A model generated the notes under the pieces. It was not told where the DNA came from, searched no databases, and saw nothing but the letters and a program-made list of their open reading frames with translations. Below are positions 49,701 to 59,451 of a stretch of DNA of 64,000 bases, piece by piece; position 1 is the first letter of the stretch, and every line of letters begins with the position of its first letter. Both the position numbers and the translations under genes were made by a program. Origin of the DNA: Candidatus Poribacteria bacterium (lineage in GTDB: Bacteria; Poribacteria; WGA-4E; WGA-3G); NCBI GenBank assembly GCA_965215265.1, contig OZ244048.1, positions 1,536,001-1,600,000 of the forward strand. The letters are read 5' to 3'.

Positions 49701-50053
49701 CGCTCGCCAATTGTCGACGGCAACTTCTCTCGAAATCAGTCGCTTATGGTTGTTGGAAAACGTTCCGTCCATTCTGAGTTTGCCATGTCTTATCTGATGT
49801 TTTTGACATGCGCCCAGGTACTCGCCAATTTCCCAGTCGGTGAAACGGCTAAGGCTTTCTCAAGTCCGTTATTCATGACATGTTTGATGTTATCGTCGGT
49901 GAGTGGTGCGTTAAAAACGCCGACTTCATCAATGAACCCGCGGAAAGACCAGCCAGGATTTTTCCAAGAGGCAAGCCAAATCTCACCATCGGGTTTATCG
50001 TCAGCTTTCCCGACCTTTTTATCTGCAACGGGTTCGCCGTCCACGTAGAGTTT

Positions 50054-50170
50054 TTCGTATATCTCCGTACCATCAACGTCTATGTAATGATAACTCGTGT
50101 GTAAATCTCGTCGGAGCCTCACTAGGTTATGATTCCTCAATAACTTTACGTGCTAACTCTTCAATCTCGA
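50054..50170 (-). mobile_element. 117-bp intragenic insertion containing an A arm
   Basis: Separates YDGDII from KLYVDG. Confidence 0.8.
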
Positions 50171-50263
50171 AATGATATCGCCATCATAGGTGAGGGCGAC
50201 AAAACTCCACTCGTCTTGTTTCCATGTACCACCTCGGATATGCGTTGCGCCCTGATCTGCGTT

Positions 50264-50350
50264 TTTTCGTATATCTCCGTACCATCAACGCTTATGTCAT
50301 GAGTACTCGTGTGTAAATCTCGTCGGAGTTTTTCGATGCTATGAATCGTT
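50264..50350 (-). mobile_element. 87-bp intragenic A-arm insertion with AACG direct repeat
   Basis: cgtt at 50260-50263 and 50347-50350; separates SIAVN from ADQGATH. Confidence 0.85.
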
Positions 50351-50916
50351 AACAGCAATACTTCCGTAAAAATCGGCAGCTCCGATTTGTATGGTGGGGT
50401 TATGCCAATCGCGTTCAATTAGCCGTGTGTGCGGATTGGGGGGTGCAGTAGTCGGTTTGACCCAGAGGAGATACGTGAAACCGTCAAGGTAATCGTCGGT
50501 AGTTTTGCTTGCGAGGATGGCGACGTGGCCCGTGCCATCAAACTCCAACCCTTTCCCGAGTTTTCCATCTGTCCATTTCGCTTTTACTACGAGTCCATCA
50601 TTGCCGTTTCCGGAACGATCTTCGACTTTGTCGCCTTTTCCTTCGTCAAGCAGCCAGATGCCAATAATCGATTCCGGATCTATTTTGGCAAAGGCATCGT
50701 GCTGGTAAATCTGAATTGGGAATATCGCTACCAGAGTTATGAGACAAAATGCGATACATGTTATAGTTCTCATTTTAGAAGTTTCCCCTTTGCTTAGATC
50801 TGATTTTACTACATTTAAAAGATTATAGTATTTCCCGTTTATTGTCAATGAACTTACGAGATATTCATTAGCCCCATTTTTTTGCGTGAGTAATATATAG
50901 ATGCGATGCGTTGCTG

Positions 50917-51110
50917 TCAGAGAGAGCGTGTCTCGGGAATTTTGTCTCCGACTACCCAAACAACAATTCCTCCCTCTTTTGTTACGCGATAGAGATGCAC
51001 TGCGATACTTTCGAAGTCAAATGAGTATCCTTTGTAGTCACGAAACTTGTCGTAGGGAGGAGATGTCGCGGTGATATCTATAATTTGTTCATCAGAGAGG
51101 TGCCCAGTTT
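50917..51110 (-). pseudogene. N4-cytosine/N6-adenine DNA methyltransferase fragment
   Basis: IDITATSPPY...LYRVTKEGGIVVWVVGD only. Confidence 0.7.
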
Positions 51111-51175
51111 CCGTTAGTGGCAGAACTGATTGAAATCTTGGCGGCAAATATTAAGAGATAAGCCACACATGTGCC

Positions 51176-53878
51176 TCAAAACTCATATATAATTCCGAAA
51201 GAGAAAAAGATGGGGAATTGGGGTATCTCCAGAGATTCATTGGCTTCTCTCCAGTCAAGTTCTTCCATGTCACTCTCATACTCTAACGTTTCGATGCCCT
51301 CTACCAATTGATCAGCAATGCTTAACCTTATTTTATTTCTGCTGTTGTAGACATTCAAGATTTCGATAAACGTCGTTATAGGGATTCCCCACCGCGTTGT
51401 TTTGCGACTGAAACGGAGATCCAAGCGGTTATAAGCCGGGAACTCTGTTGGCAAAATTGCACCTGTAACATCAGAGATGAGTGGGTGCATCCCCACCGTT
51501 ACAGGGTCCTGAACCATAATGAGGGTATTTAAGGGAACTGCGGTGGTACCACTAGAATATTGCCACCTCGCACCGATCTCCGTTTTAGTCGTTGGGTTGT
51601 AGTTGGCAACAATGCTAACAACGTGTGTGTTATCAAAGAGAAAAGGTTTGTAGCCATCTTCCGGTGTCTCACGTCGTTCGGCGTGGGTATAGGCATAAGA
51701 TACCCATCCGAAGAATTTTTCGCTCACGCGGTGCCGCAAGAACATCTCTGCTCCGCTCACAAACCCTTTTCCTTGATTGAGGTACGGTGTTGTAATCACG
51801 GTGTCCGATTCATCAAAAAGTGCCCCAAGATCTACGGATCGCGTGGCTAATTTTTGCATGTGTTTGTAGTAGAGTGAGAATTTGAGTTCTGTCTGCGGTG
51901 AGAGTTGATGTTCTAACTCCATGATATAATGCTGGGTTAGGCTTGATTTTAGCTTCCGGTTCCCCTCGGCCTTTAGGACCTGATATGCTAAGGGGCTCTG
52001 TTCATAGCTGCCGTAGGCGAACCGGAGGGTGGAAGTCGTTGGCAATGTGACGCTAAGGCTTCCACGCGGCTGAATTGAGAGTTCATCTGTCAAATTGAGA
52101 TAATCAAACCGCACACCGATTGCCATTGACAGAAATGAGAACAGATCATAGCGTCCTTGTAGGTATCCCTCGGCACGCCGAAACGCGTAATTAAATTCGT
52201 CGTGTTTTTGGCCCCATGACGGTTCCTCATCATCATCAAAATCTACGGTTGCTAGGAAAGTGGTGCGTGCGAGACTCTTGGCTGGACTAAATGCAAGGAG
52301 AAATCCTGGCTCAAATTGAAGTGTCGGTGTTAATTGGTAAAACACGTCTTCGCGAAGCGTATACATAGGGGTGTTAACCTTGACATTGTAGATGAATTCT
52401 TCGTTCTCAGCGCTGTCGTCTTGACTTGAGGCATCCTTGAAATTGACATTGAGAAAATTGTGAGAACGTGTGAGGGAGAGATAGGACGTGAGTTTATCAG
52501 TGAAATTAGAGCGGAGATGGATGCCTTCTGCTTCAAACCCGTTTTTGAAATATGCAGAAAAATCACCGGTGTCTTCGATATCTTCTGACCTAAAATTAGA
52601 GAAGTCAAAAAAATCTGTGGCTCCCAAACCGTTGAGCGTGAGGTGATGCTTTTTCGTGAGTTGATAAGCAAATTTGAGTTGATAGTCAGACCAGTTTGGA
52701 AATGTCCAATCAACAAAACGCCCTAAAATGAGATCGAGTGTGGTGAATCGCCCTGCAATGGATGCGTACCCCTTGTTGCCAATTTTGGCTCCAACGAAAC
52801 CAGAGGGTGAAAAAATGTTCAGGTCGAGCGTGCCTGTTAGCCTCTTTTTCAACTCTTCACGCGAACGGATGTCAATAACCGATTGTGAATCCAATCCAAA
52901 TTCGGCACCGTAGCCGCCAGCATAGATGCGAATGTCTTCAATACTATTTGAGTTAATCGTTGAGATAATGCCGCCAAAATGGAACGGATAGCCGACCGGG
53001 GTTCTATCTAAATACATGAGCGTTTCCCCCGGCGCACTTCCACGGATATAGAGGATTCCGAAGATATCGTTGGGGATACCGATGCTCGGCAGCGTCGTGA
53101 GCCCTTTGAGTGCATCACGCCCTATGCCGGGAATCCGTATCAGTTCGCTACCTTGAATCTGCTTTCGGCTAATCGTCGGCCGGAGGCGTTGGCCCTCCAC
53201 CACAACTGTTTCTAGCTTTGCCACTGTCCCGAGATATACTTTCACCTGTGTAGTCTCGCCTGCTGTTACCTCTATTGTCGTAGCCATCGGTGTCTTATAC
53301 GCTGCATGTGTGATGGACAGGGTGTAGGTGTCAGGCGCGATGTCTGTAAACTGAAAGTTTCCGGAAGCATCTGTTTTTCTGGACACGTTGATTTCGACAA
53401 GGAGGCTCTCTGCCTCGGCAAGAGGCTTCCCTGTTGTTTGGTCATAGACATAACCGTCGATATCCCCGTTATTGGTGGCTTTCACAAACGTAACCGCTGT
53501 ACCGGGGTAAAATCTTCCGCGGAGCGTCTCGCCCGCACGAATCTCAATCAGAATCTCTGTGGGTGTACTATAGATGGGATGGGATATGGAGAGTGTATAT
53601 GTTCCGGTAGGAATTTCGGTAAACCGAAATGTTCCGTCTTCATCTGTTTTTTGGGACTCCTCAATCTCAACGAGGTGCACCTCAGCTTCAACTAACGGTG
53701 TAGCGGGGTCGTGCTGGAGGACTGTGCCTTCTATATCACCTGTGTGCGGAAAAACCCGCTGCCAGATGCTTTTTTTCGTTTTTGAGGTCTTGTCTTTTTT
53801 AGTATCGTCCGTTTCGGCAAAAACAGAGAACGTTACCATGAGCACTACAAACAGAACTAGATATGAACAAAATTTCAT
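51176..53878 (-). CDS. TonB-dependent receptor with two carboxypeptidase-regulatory-like domains
   Basis: Signal peptide, duplicated GDIxG.V repeats, plug (LYIRG, YAGGYGAEFG), barrel ending in F. Confidence 0.88.
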   Translation of the reverse strand: MKFCSYLVLFVVLMVTFSVFAETDDTKKDKTSKTKKSIWQRVFPHTGDIEGTVLQHDPATPLVEAEVHLVEIEESQKTDEDGTFRFTEIPTGTYTLSISHPIYSTPTEILIEIRAGETLRGRFYPGTAVTFVKATNNGDIDGYVYDQTTGKPLAEAESLLVEINVSRKTDASGNFQFTDIAPDTYTLSITHAAYKTPMATTIEVTAGETTQVKVYLGTVAKLETVVVEGQRLRPTISRKQIQGSELIRIPGIGRDALKGLTTLPSIGIPNDIFGILYIRGSAPGETLMYLDRTPVGYPFHFGGIISTINSNSIEDIRIYAGGYGAEFGLDSQSVIDIRSREELKKRLTGTLDLNIFSPSGFVGAKIGNKGYASIAGRFTTLDLILGRFVDWTFPNWSDYQLKFAYQLTKKHHLTLNGLGATDFFDFSNFRSEDIEDTGDFSAYFKNGFEAEGIHLRSNFTDKLTSYLSLTRSHNFLNVNFKDASSQDDSAENEEFIYNVKVNTPMYTLREDVFYQLTPTLQFEPGFLLAFSPAKSLARTTFLATVDFDDDEEPSWGQKHDEFNYAFRRAEGYLQGRYDLFSFLSMAIGVRFDYLNLTDELSIQPRGSLSVTLPTTSTLRFAYGSYEQSPLAYQVLKAEGNRKLKSSLTQHYIMELEHQLSPQTELKFSLYYKHMQKLATRSVDLGALFDESDTVITTPYLNQGKGFVSGAEMFLRHRVSEKFFGWVSYAYTHAERRETPEDGYKPFLFDNTHVVSIVANYNPTTKTEIGARWQYSSGTTAVPLNTLIMVQDPVTVGMHPLISDVTGAILPTEFPAYNRLDLRFSRKTTRWGIPITTFIEILNVYNSRNKIRLSIADQLVEGIETLEYESDMEELDWREANESLEIPQFPIFFSFGIIYEF

Positions 53879-53879
53879 G

Positions 53880-54112
53880 TTTTTGTATATCTCCGTACCA
53901 TCAACGTCTATGTAATGATAGCTCGTGTGTAAATCTCGTCGGAGCCGTTCGACGTTTTGACTCTAAATATCACCTTCCTCCTCCTCCGTATCTTCACCGC
54001 TTATCGCTTTTTTGTATATCTCCGTACCATCAACGTCTATGTAATGATAGCTCGTGTGTAAATCTCGTCGGAGCCGTTCGATGTTTTGACTCTAAATATC
54101 ACCTTCCTCCTC
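53880..54112 (-). repeat. Two tandem A-arm units, 129-bp period
   Basis: gtatatctcc at 53885 and 54014; proximal copy ends 1 nt before ATG 53878. Confidence 0.92.
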
Positions 54113-54265
54113 CGTTTTCAGTTTTGTTGCCTGCCGCCGCGGCTTGGATGAGGTAAATTCACTCAAGCTGGGACAGGAATATTCTCTGATTTCGATTAAT
54201 CGTGGAATACTTCCATCAATTGAATCTGTTTCGAACTTAAATTGGTTGTAATGATCGAATTGGGT

Positions 54266-54829
54266 TTATTCAAAATTCTCTCTGTTCAAATCAAATGAAA
54301 ATTGCCCGAAAACCTTTGATTTACTGACAATTTCATCTTCATCTGAATCAACCAGTTTGCCTTTGAAGTTAAGTTCACCACCGCTATTATGGGAAAACTC
54401 TCCTGTCAAAAGGTAGGTACTGCCAGCTTCTACATCAGCAGAAAATCTGGATAGGATTTGACGATCACTCGGTGTGTTTTCATGGAAAGACTCGTATATG
54501 ATGAGTAATGACATCTCATATTTTCCGGGATCGACCAAAATCTCGTCGATAGCGAGCTCTTCATACGCGTCAATTTTCTGACGCAAGGCTAACTTGCCAT
54601 CAATTCTGAACACAATCAGATTGGGACGTTGGATCCACTGTCCGTCCGTGTCGATTTTGATAGTAGCGAGTGAGGATTTTGGTAGCTGTGCTACTTTATA
54701 CTCACTCTCTCGCATTAAAAGTGTACCACACCCGGTAAGTAGCGAAACTAGGAGCACAGCCGCTAATAGAATAGAGAGTTTTGTGCTGATATTATCAAGA
54801 TAGAAGTGTATAAATTTGACGCGTTTCAT
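54266..54829 (-). CDS. Putative lipoprotein
   Basis: LLTGC lipobox; GGAGG upstream. Confidence 0.7.
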   Translation of the reverse strand: MKRVKFIHFYLDNISTKLSILLAAVLLVSLLTGCGTLLMRESEYKVAQLPKSSLATIKIDTDGQWIQRPNLIVFRIDGKLALRQKIDAYEELAIDEILVDPGKYEMSLLIIYESFHENTPSDRQILSRFSADVEAGSTYLLTGEFSHNSGGELNFKGKLVDSDEDEIVSKSKVFGQFSFDLNRENFE

Positions 54830-54855
54830 TTTTTCCTCCCCTAAGTTTAAGTGAG

Positions 54856-54953
54856 GGTTTTTCGTTAATAATGGGACGATGGGTCCTCATGATGTCACCG
54901 CCGACATCCGTTTTTGTTTGCACGGTTTTTCGTTAATAATGGGACTATGGGTC
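54856..54953. repeat. Two 30-bp direct repeats with a 38-bp spacer
   Basis: ggtttttcgttaataatgggac(g/t)atgggtc at 54856 and 54924. Confidence 0.85.
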
Positions 54954-55144
54954 TCTCCCAAGCCTTAGCGTATTGCATTTGAGCCCTTTTGCAAAAAGTA
55001 TAAGATAAGTCGCAAAAAATATCAAGAAAAATCAGTTTTTTTATACATGAAAGCGATAAGGCGTGCTTAGCGTGAACGGACTCGTGCCCATTTCGCCAGA
55101 ACTGCTTTGGCCGGATTTTTTCTTCATAGATAGAGACGCATACG

Positions 55145-55322
55145 TTTTTTTGTATATCTCCGTACCATCAACGTCTATGTAATGATAGCTCGTGTGTAAA
55201 TCTCGTCGGAGACTCCTTAGGTAATGTCTTTAAAATCATAACATCAAACGGCTCCGACGAGATTTGTAAGGGATTCAAAATAGCAGCAGCCTGGATTGGG
55301 CACCTGTAGACAAACAAAAAAA
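55145..55322. repeat. Complete inverted A/B pair
   Basis: tttttgtatatctccgtacc...aaatctcgtc...gacgagattt...gggcacctgtagacaaa. Confidence 0.9.
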
Positions 55323-55554
55323 ACGGAATCATCAACGAAAAACGACGCTAGAAATGTAAGCGCTGCTACGTCCCATGCAAACACAGCACATCACGCGGCA
55401 GAATGCCCGTAGAACGCAGATGAACTGTCTTTATCTACTGTCATGGACTTTCGGCTCTCTCCAAACTGCAAGCCTCCGATGGAGCCACAAGTTCAGCACT
55501 CAACACGCACAACCGTCGCTACTGTACCTTCATCTACCTATGTTAGGATTCCTA

Positions 55555-56610
55555 TCAACTCGCCTGTAATCGTCGAATTCGGGCAGGCGTGTCGTCATTC
55601 CGAATCTCGGAAGAGAGGATTCGGAGGTGCAGGTCTTGAATAGGGAGATTTACCTTTACGCCGCCCCGGCGGTGCGATTCGTGCAGTGCGACGGCAATCT
55701 CTAACGCGGCACGTACGTCTTCACCGGAACATTTCGGGGAGTTCTCGTTTTCAATGGCGTTAATCAAATCGGCGACAATCGTTAGTCCCATGCCTTGCAT
55801 TCTGACAGGCAGTGGGAAGGGGCACTTTGCCGGCACTCCGCGTCCGCGTCGTCCGCCGGGAACCATACGGATTAATTCAAAGGTTTCGGCATTGTTATTC
55901 GTATAGTGCAGCCCGCAACAAGGCTGCTGCTATATTAAACCCTTTACAAATCTCGTCGGAGGGTTCCGATGTTTAGATTCAATACATCAGGAGGCTCTGG
56001 CGAGATTTATACAGTAATTTACAAAACATAAACCTTTATGGTACGGAGATATACGAAAAATTGAACGGGTACGCCCGGTTGTGCCGATAACATCGACTTC
56101 CCAGGGTGCTGCCCCACATGCGGTACTGCGTAGATATGCGCGTACGCCGTTATCAAAAACGAGGTAACCGTTTCCCGAGAGATCGTTTTCATCGGCGGCG
56201 GCTTCATCGGATTCCATTTCGCAGAAAACCCATTTGACATTTCCGCCTGCCATGTAGCGAAGAATATCAATGGCGTGACTGCCGTTATGGGAGAGCCCAC
56301 ATTGGGCATACACGGTCACTTGCAGCACGTTGCCGATTTCATCAGCGTCAATTAATCTACGGGCTTCGCTAAAGAACGGATTCCAGCGGCGCACACAATT
56401 TATCGCCAAGGCGACACCTTCTGTGCGGCACGTCGCCACCATCGCATCTGCTTCAGCAAGACTAAGCGAAATCGGTTTTTCTGCCCAAATTGCTTTGACA
56501 CCTGCACGGGCAACATCTTTCACAATAGTAGCCCGAATTCTTGATGTGGTGCAAACGCTGACGATGTCCAAATTCTCTTTCGTCAGCATCTCTTGATAAT
56601 TGTTGTAAAG
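55555..56610 (-). pseudogene. Gfo/Idh/MocA oxidoreductase, 5'-truncated and interrupted
   Basis: LDIVSVCT, AEKP, HNGSHAID; same-frame C-terminal ORF 55555-55866; Rossmann N-terminus missing. Confidence 0.85.
55898..56059. mobile_element. 162-bp intragenic insertion (inverted B/A pair)
   Basis: Removal joins cgt tca att aac aat gcc (RSINNA); A arm essentially identical to 8884-8977. Confidence 0.85.
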
Positions 56611-56781
56611 GTTTTTCGTATACTGCAGCCCAATAAAGGCGGCTGCAATGTTAAAACCTTTACAAATCTCGTCAGAGCCGTTTATGTCTACGATTTTAAA
56701 GACTATACCTAGATAACCTCCAGCGAGATTTACACACGAGCCATCAAAATCATAGGCGTTGATGGTACGGAGATATACGAA
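56611..56781. repeat. Complete inverted B/A pair at the truncation point of the oxidoreductase
   Basis: tttttcgtatactgcagccc...aaatctcgtc...gcgagattt...ggtacggagatatacgaa. Confidence 0.9.
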
Positions 56782-56826
56782 CGGTATCAGCTTCTCAAAC
56801 ATAATTTAGTCAGAGTTAGAAAAAGA

Positions 56827-57810
56827 TTATTTTGATTCTTGAAAAAGAAGCAGCTGAACAGATTGAGCTCGGCTTGTATCCGCTGAATTCTGCTTCTCTT
56901 CAATGTAAGCGCGAAGGCAACGGGCAACATACTCAGCTTGTTTGACTGGTACGGCGTTTCCAATCATCTGCTCCACATCGGTTTTGGAGCCAGAAAAATG
57001 AAAATTTTTCGGAAAGGTTTGGAGATAACTCCGTTCCAAGGTTGTGAGTGGACGGACTCCGGCTGAAATTGGAGCCGTGTCTTTTGGATGTGTTTTGTAA
57101 GTTTTAGGAATTGGGCGATTGACTCCTCGAACCGTTGGACTCGGTTCATCAACGCTAAAAACGGCGCGTCGGCTATAGTTGCGAGGATGCCGGTAATAGT
57201 GAGCTATGCCGAGGCTGTCTCCCAAATAATCCCGTACTGTTATGGGTATCGTCGTCAACTGGTCATCCAGATAACTTCCAAGGGCTCTTCGTTCTTCAGT
57301 TGTCTCAAAGGATATTCCCAACTCGCCAATCAGAAAAAGCCGTTTTCGCCTTTGGGGCACCCCACACCGGTTTGCCTCTAAAATCCGCTGCGTCAGCGAA
57401 TATCCAGCCGCTCTTAAAATCTCATCTGCACGACGATATCGTAGACTTTTTACGGTGCGTTCTACATTTTCCATGACAAACCACTGTGGCTTGGTGTGTG
57501 CTACAATCTGTGCAAAGTTCACGGTGAGGTCTGCTCTACCTAATTCCTCATTGCGTTTTCCTGCGTGTGAAAAATCTTGACAGGGTGGTCCGCCAATAAG
57601 CATGTCAAATTGATACGCATTTAGTGTTTTTAAGGTCTGCTGCCATTTGCTGAGATCGCATTCGTGTATTTTATGTGCAAAATTATCTCGGTAAACTTGT
57701 ATTGCTGGGTGCCAGTTATCAAAAGCAGCAACGGCATCAAATCCGGCATTTTGGAATCCGAGCGTCATGCCGCCGCATCCTGCAAAGAGATCTATGAATT
57801 TTAGTGCCAT
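56827..57810 (-). CDS. C5-cytosine DNA methyltransferase
   Basis: FAGCGG, GGPPCQDFS, ENV, PQRRKR, QMIGNAVP. Confidence 0.95.
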   Translation of the reverse strand: MALKFIDLFAGCGGMTLGFQNAGFDAVAAFDNWHPAIQVYRDNFAHKIHECDLSKWQQTLKTLNAYQFDMLIGGPPCQDFSHAGKRNEELGRADLTVNFAQIVAHTKPQWFVMENVERTVKSLRYRRADEILRAAGYSLTQRILEANRCGVPQRRKRLFLIGELGISFETTEERRALGSYLDDQLTTIPITVRDYLGDSLGIAHYYRHPRNYSRRAVFSVDEPSPTVRGVNRPIPKTYKTHPKDTAPISAGVRPLTTLERSYLQTFPKNFHFSGSKTDVEQMIGNAVPVKQAEYVARCLRAYIEEKQNSADTSRAQSVQLLLFQESK

Positions 57811-57828
57811 TTGTTATTTCTCCTTTTT

Positions 57829-58926
57829 TTACATAAAGATTTCTGGAGAATTAGCCAGAATCGCATCAAAACGTCTCTCTGGGCTTAGCAGCTTCTCGCC
57901 TTGGCCAAGGATAATATGTTTAATTTCAGTTTTGCGGATTCTAGGATGTAAAAGTTCTGCACAGGACATATATGGTTGTATCTTTCTTCCACTCAGGGCA
58001 AAAGCTTTGTCTGTTTGTCTAGAGAATCCAGCACTTACAGTCTGTGTATCAATTTTCCCATCTGTAGAGAAATCAGTAAGCATTTTCATCATCCACAAAA
58101 CCGCTCGCTTTGCTCGTGAGAGTTTTCTAGAATGTCCGTGTTCAGCTGCGTCCAAAAGTAACTTTGCAAAAGCGAACGCACTCCAAACAAAAGCGTCCAA
58201 ACAGTGCTCGTGAAGCCGTGAGAATTTTCCAACAGTCTTCCAAATGGGTTGTATAACTAAGGGTGTTTGATCCTCTATCTTTGTAAGTAACAGATGCCTG
58301 ATAGTTTGGATAATATGTGGCATTTTCTTCAATATGTTATCTTCTGCTTCCCAGCCAAAGTTATTTTGAAACATGGGTCGTAGTATCTCTAAAAACTCTC
58401 TTTGGTGTTCGGCATATTTGGCAACAATCTCAAGTGTTAGATGAATAATTGTATTGGGCCGAGTTACAAGTTCACAACCATACTGTTCCTCAGAAAGATT
58501 ACAAGTTGAATTATCAGGCAAAGCTGTCAATTTAATTTCCAGAGCGCGTAGCCATGGGTTCACAGAATTAGAATTATCCATTACGACGCAATCAATCCGA
58601 GGTAAGGTGCCTTTGACAAACTGCTGATTTTTCCCATAAGTATACTCAAAGGCAAAGAAAATGTCCTGAGAGTCATAGGGATGTCCAAAGATGGAATTCA
58701 CATCAACCTTCTTATGAACAAGATCCGAATTCCTATCTAAAACCAAGTAGATAGGGGCAATATTTAGACTTTGCATGTAACATAATAATGAAATAGGAAA
58801 ACAGTTATTAAAGCTATTCTTGCCCCATGCTTTTGCGTGCCTGAAATCCTTGTTTGTGTTAAGTTGATTTAAACCAAATAGGGCGGGTGTACCGCTAACT
58901 GATGTCGATTCCATTAAATTCCTCAT
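57829..58926 (-). CDS. Type II restriction endonuclease, HindVP-like
   Basis: PALFGL...WGKNSFNNCFP, EIKLTALPD, LSPERRFDA; adjacent to the C5 methyltransferase; visibly AT-rich. Confidence 0.8.
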   Translation of the reverse strand: MRNLMESTSVSGTPALFGLNQLNTNKDFRHAKAWGKNSFNNCFPISLLCYMQSLNIAPIYLVLDRNSDLVHKKVDVNSIFGHPYDSQDIFFAFEYTYGKNQQFVKGTLPRIDCVVMDNSNSVNPWLRALEIKLTALPDNSTCNLSEEQYGCELVTRPNTIIHLTLEIVAKYAEHQREFLEILRPMFQNNFGWEAEDNILKKMPHIIQTIRHLLLTKIEDQTPLVIQPIWKTVGKFSRLHEHCLDAFVWSAFAFAKLLLDAAEHGHSRKLSRAKRAVLWMMKMLTDFSTDGKIDTQTVSAGFSRQTDKAFALSGRKIQPYMSCAELLHPRIRKTEIKHIILGQGEKLLSPERRFDAILANSPEIFM

Positions 58927-59169
58927 TATGTTTCAAGTAGCAAACTCCGCTAGCAAAGAGTCTCTATTCCTCCTCACGGTACTTTGAACTCCGGCCGGAT
59001 TCCGCGCATCTGCCATACATCGATGCCGTGTCTCTTGCCTTTATCATTGCAGATGGTCAAGAGACTATCCGGCAGCCGAAGGAACCGTGGTTAATTCTGC
59101 CGTGAATTTGTAGATTGTTCGATCGTATTCACCTATATAATAGTGAACAGAAGGTTTATGACTAAACAG

Positions 59170-59334
59170 ATTTTTTGTATATCTCCGTACCATCAACGCC
59201 TATGTAATGATAACTCGTGTATAAATCTCGCCAGTGGCAGGGCAGGATAGGTAATCTTTTCTCATGGACAAAAAAAGAATACCTTTTACCTGCCACCCAC
59301 TGGGAGCCATTCTAGATTATGATTCTTCAATCAC
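59170..59334 (-). repeat. A arm split by a nested ~70-bp insert
   Basis: ...aaatctcgccag | tggcagg...cctgcca...ggg | agccattctagattatgatt; flanks are contiguous in the 122-bp tandem unit. Confidence 0.8.
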
Positions 59335-59451
59335 TTTTCGCGCAAGCTCCTTAATCTCTACAGGATCCCCACCTTGTTGTACTGCATTGGATTCGTGGGC
59401 ACAGAAACCTTGTTTAGACAAAAAGGAAGCAAACGTTCCACTTCAACGGTC

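Larger units (their letters stand above)
49790..50773 (-). pseudogene. LamG-like jellyroll protein interrupted by two repeat insertions
   Basis: Three same-frame segments; removing 87 bp and 117 bp leaves a 780-bp ORF ending VSPTGKLASTWAHVK. Confidence 0.88.

Noticed and set aside
50264-50350. Stop-codon readthrough explaining the in-frame inserts
   Set aside because: Inserts contain mixed TAG and TGA stops, up to three per insert
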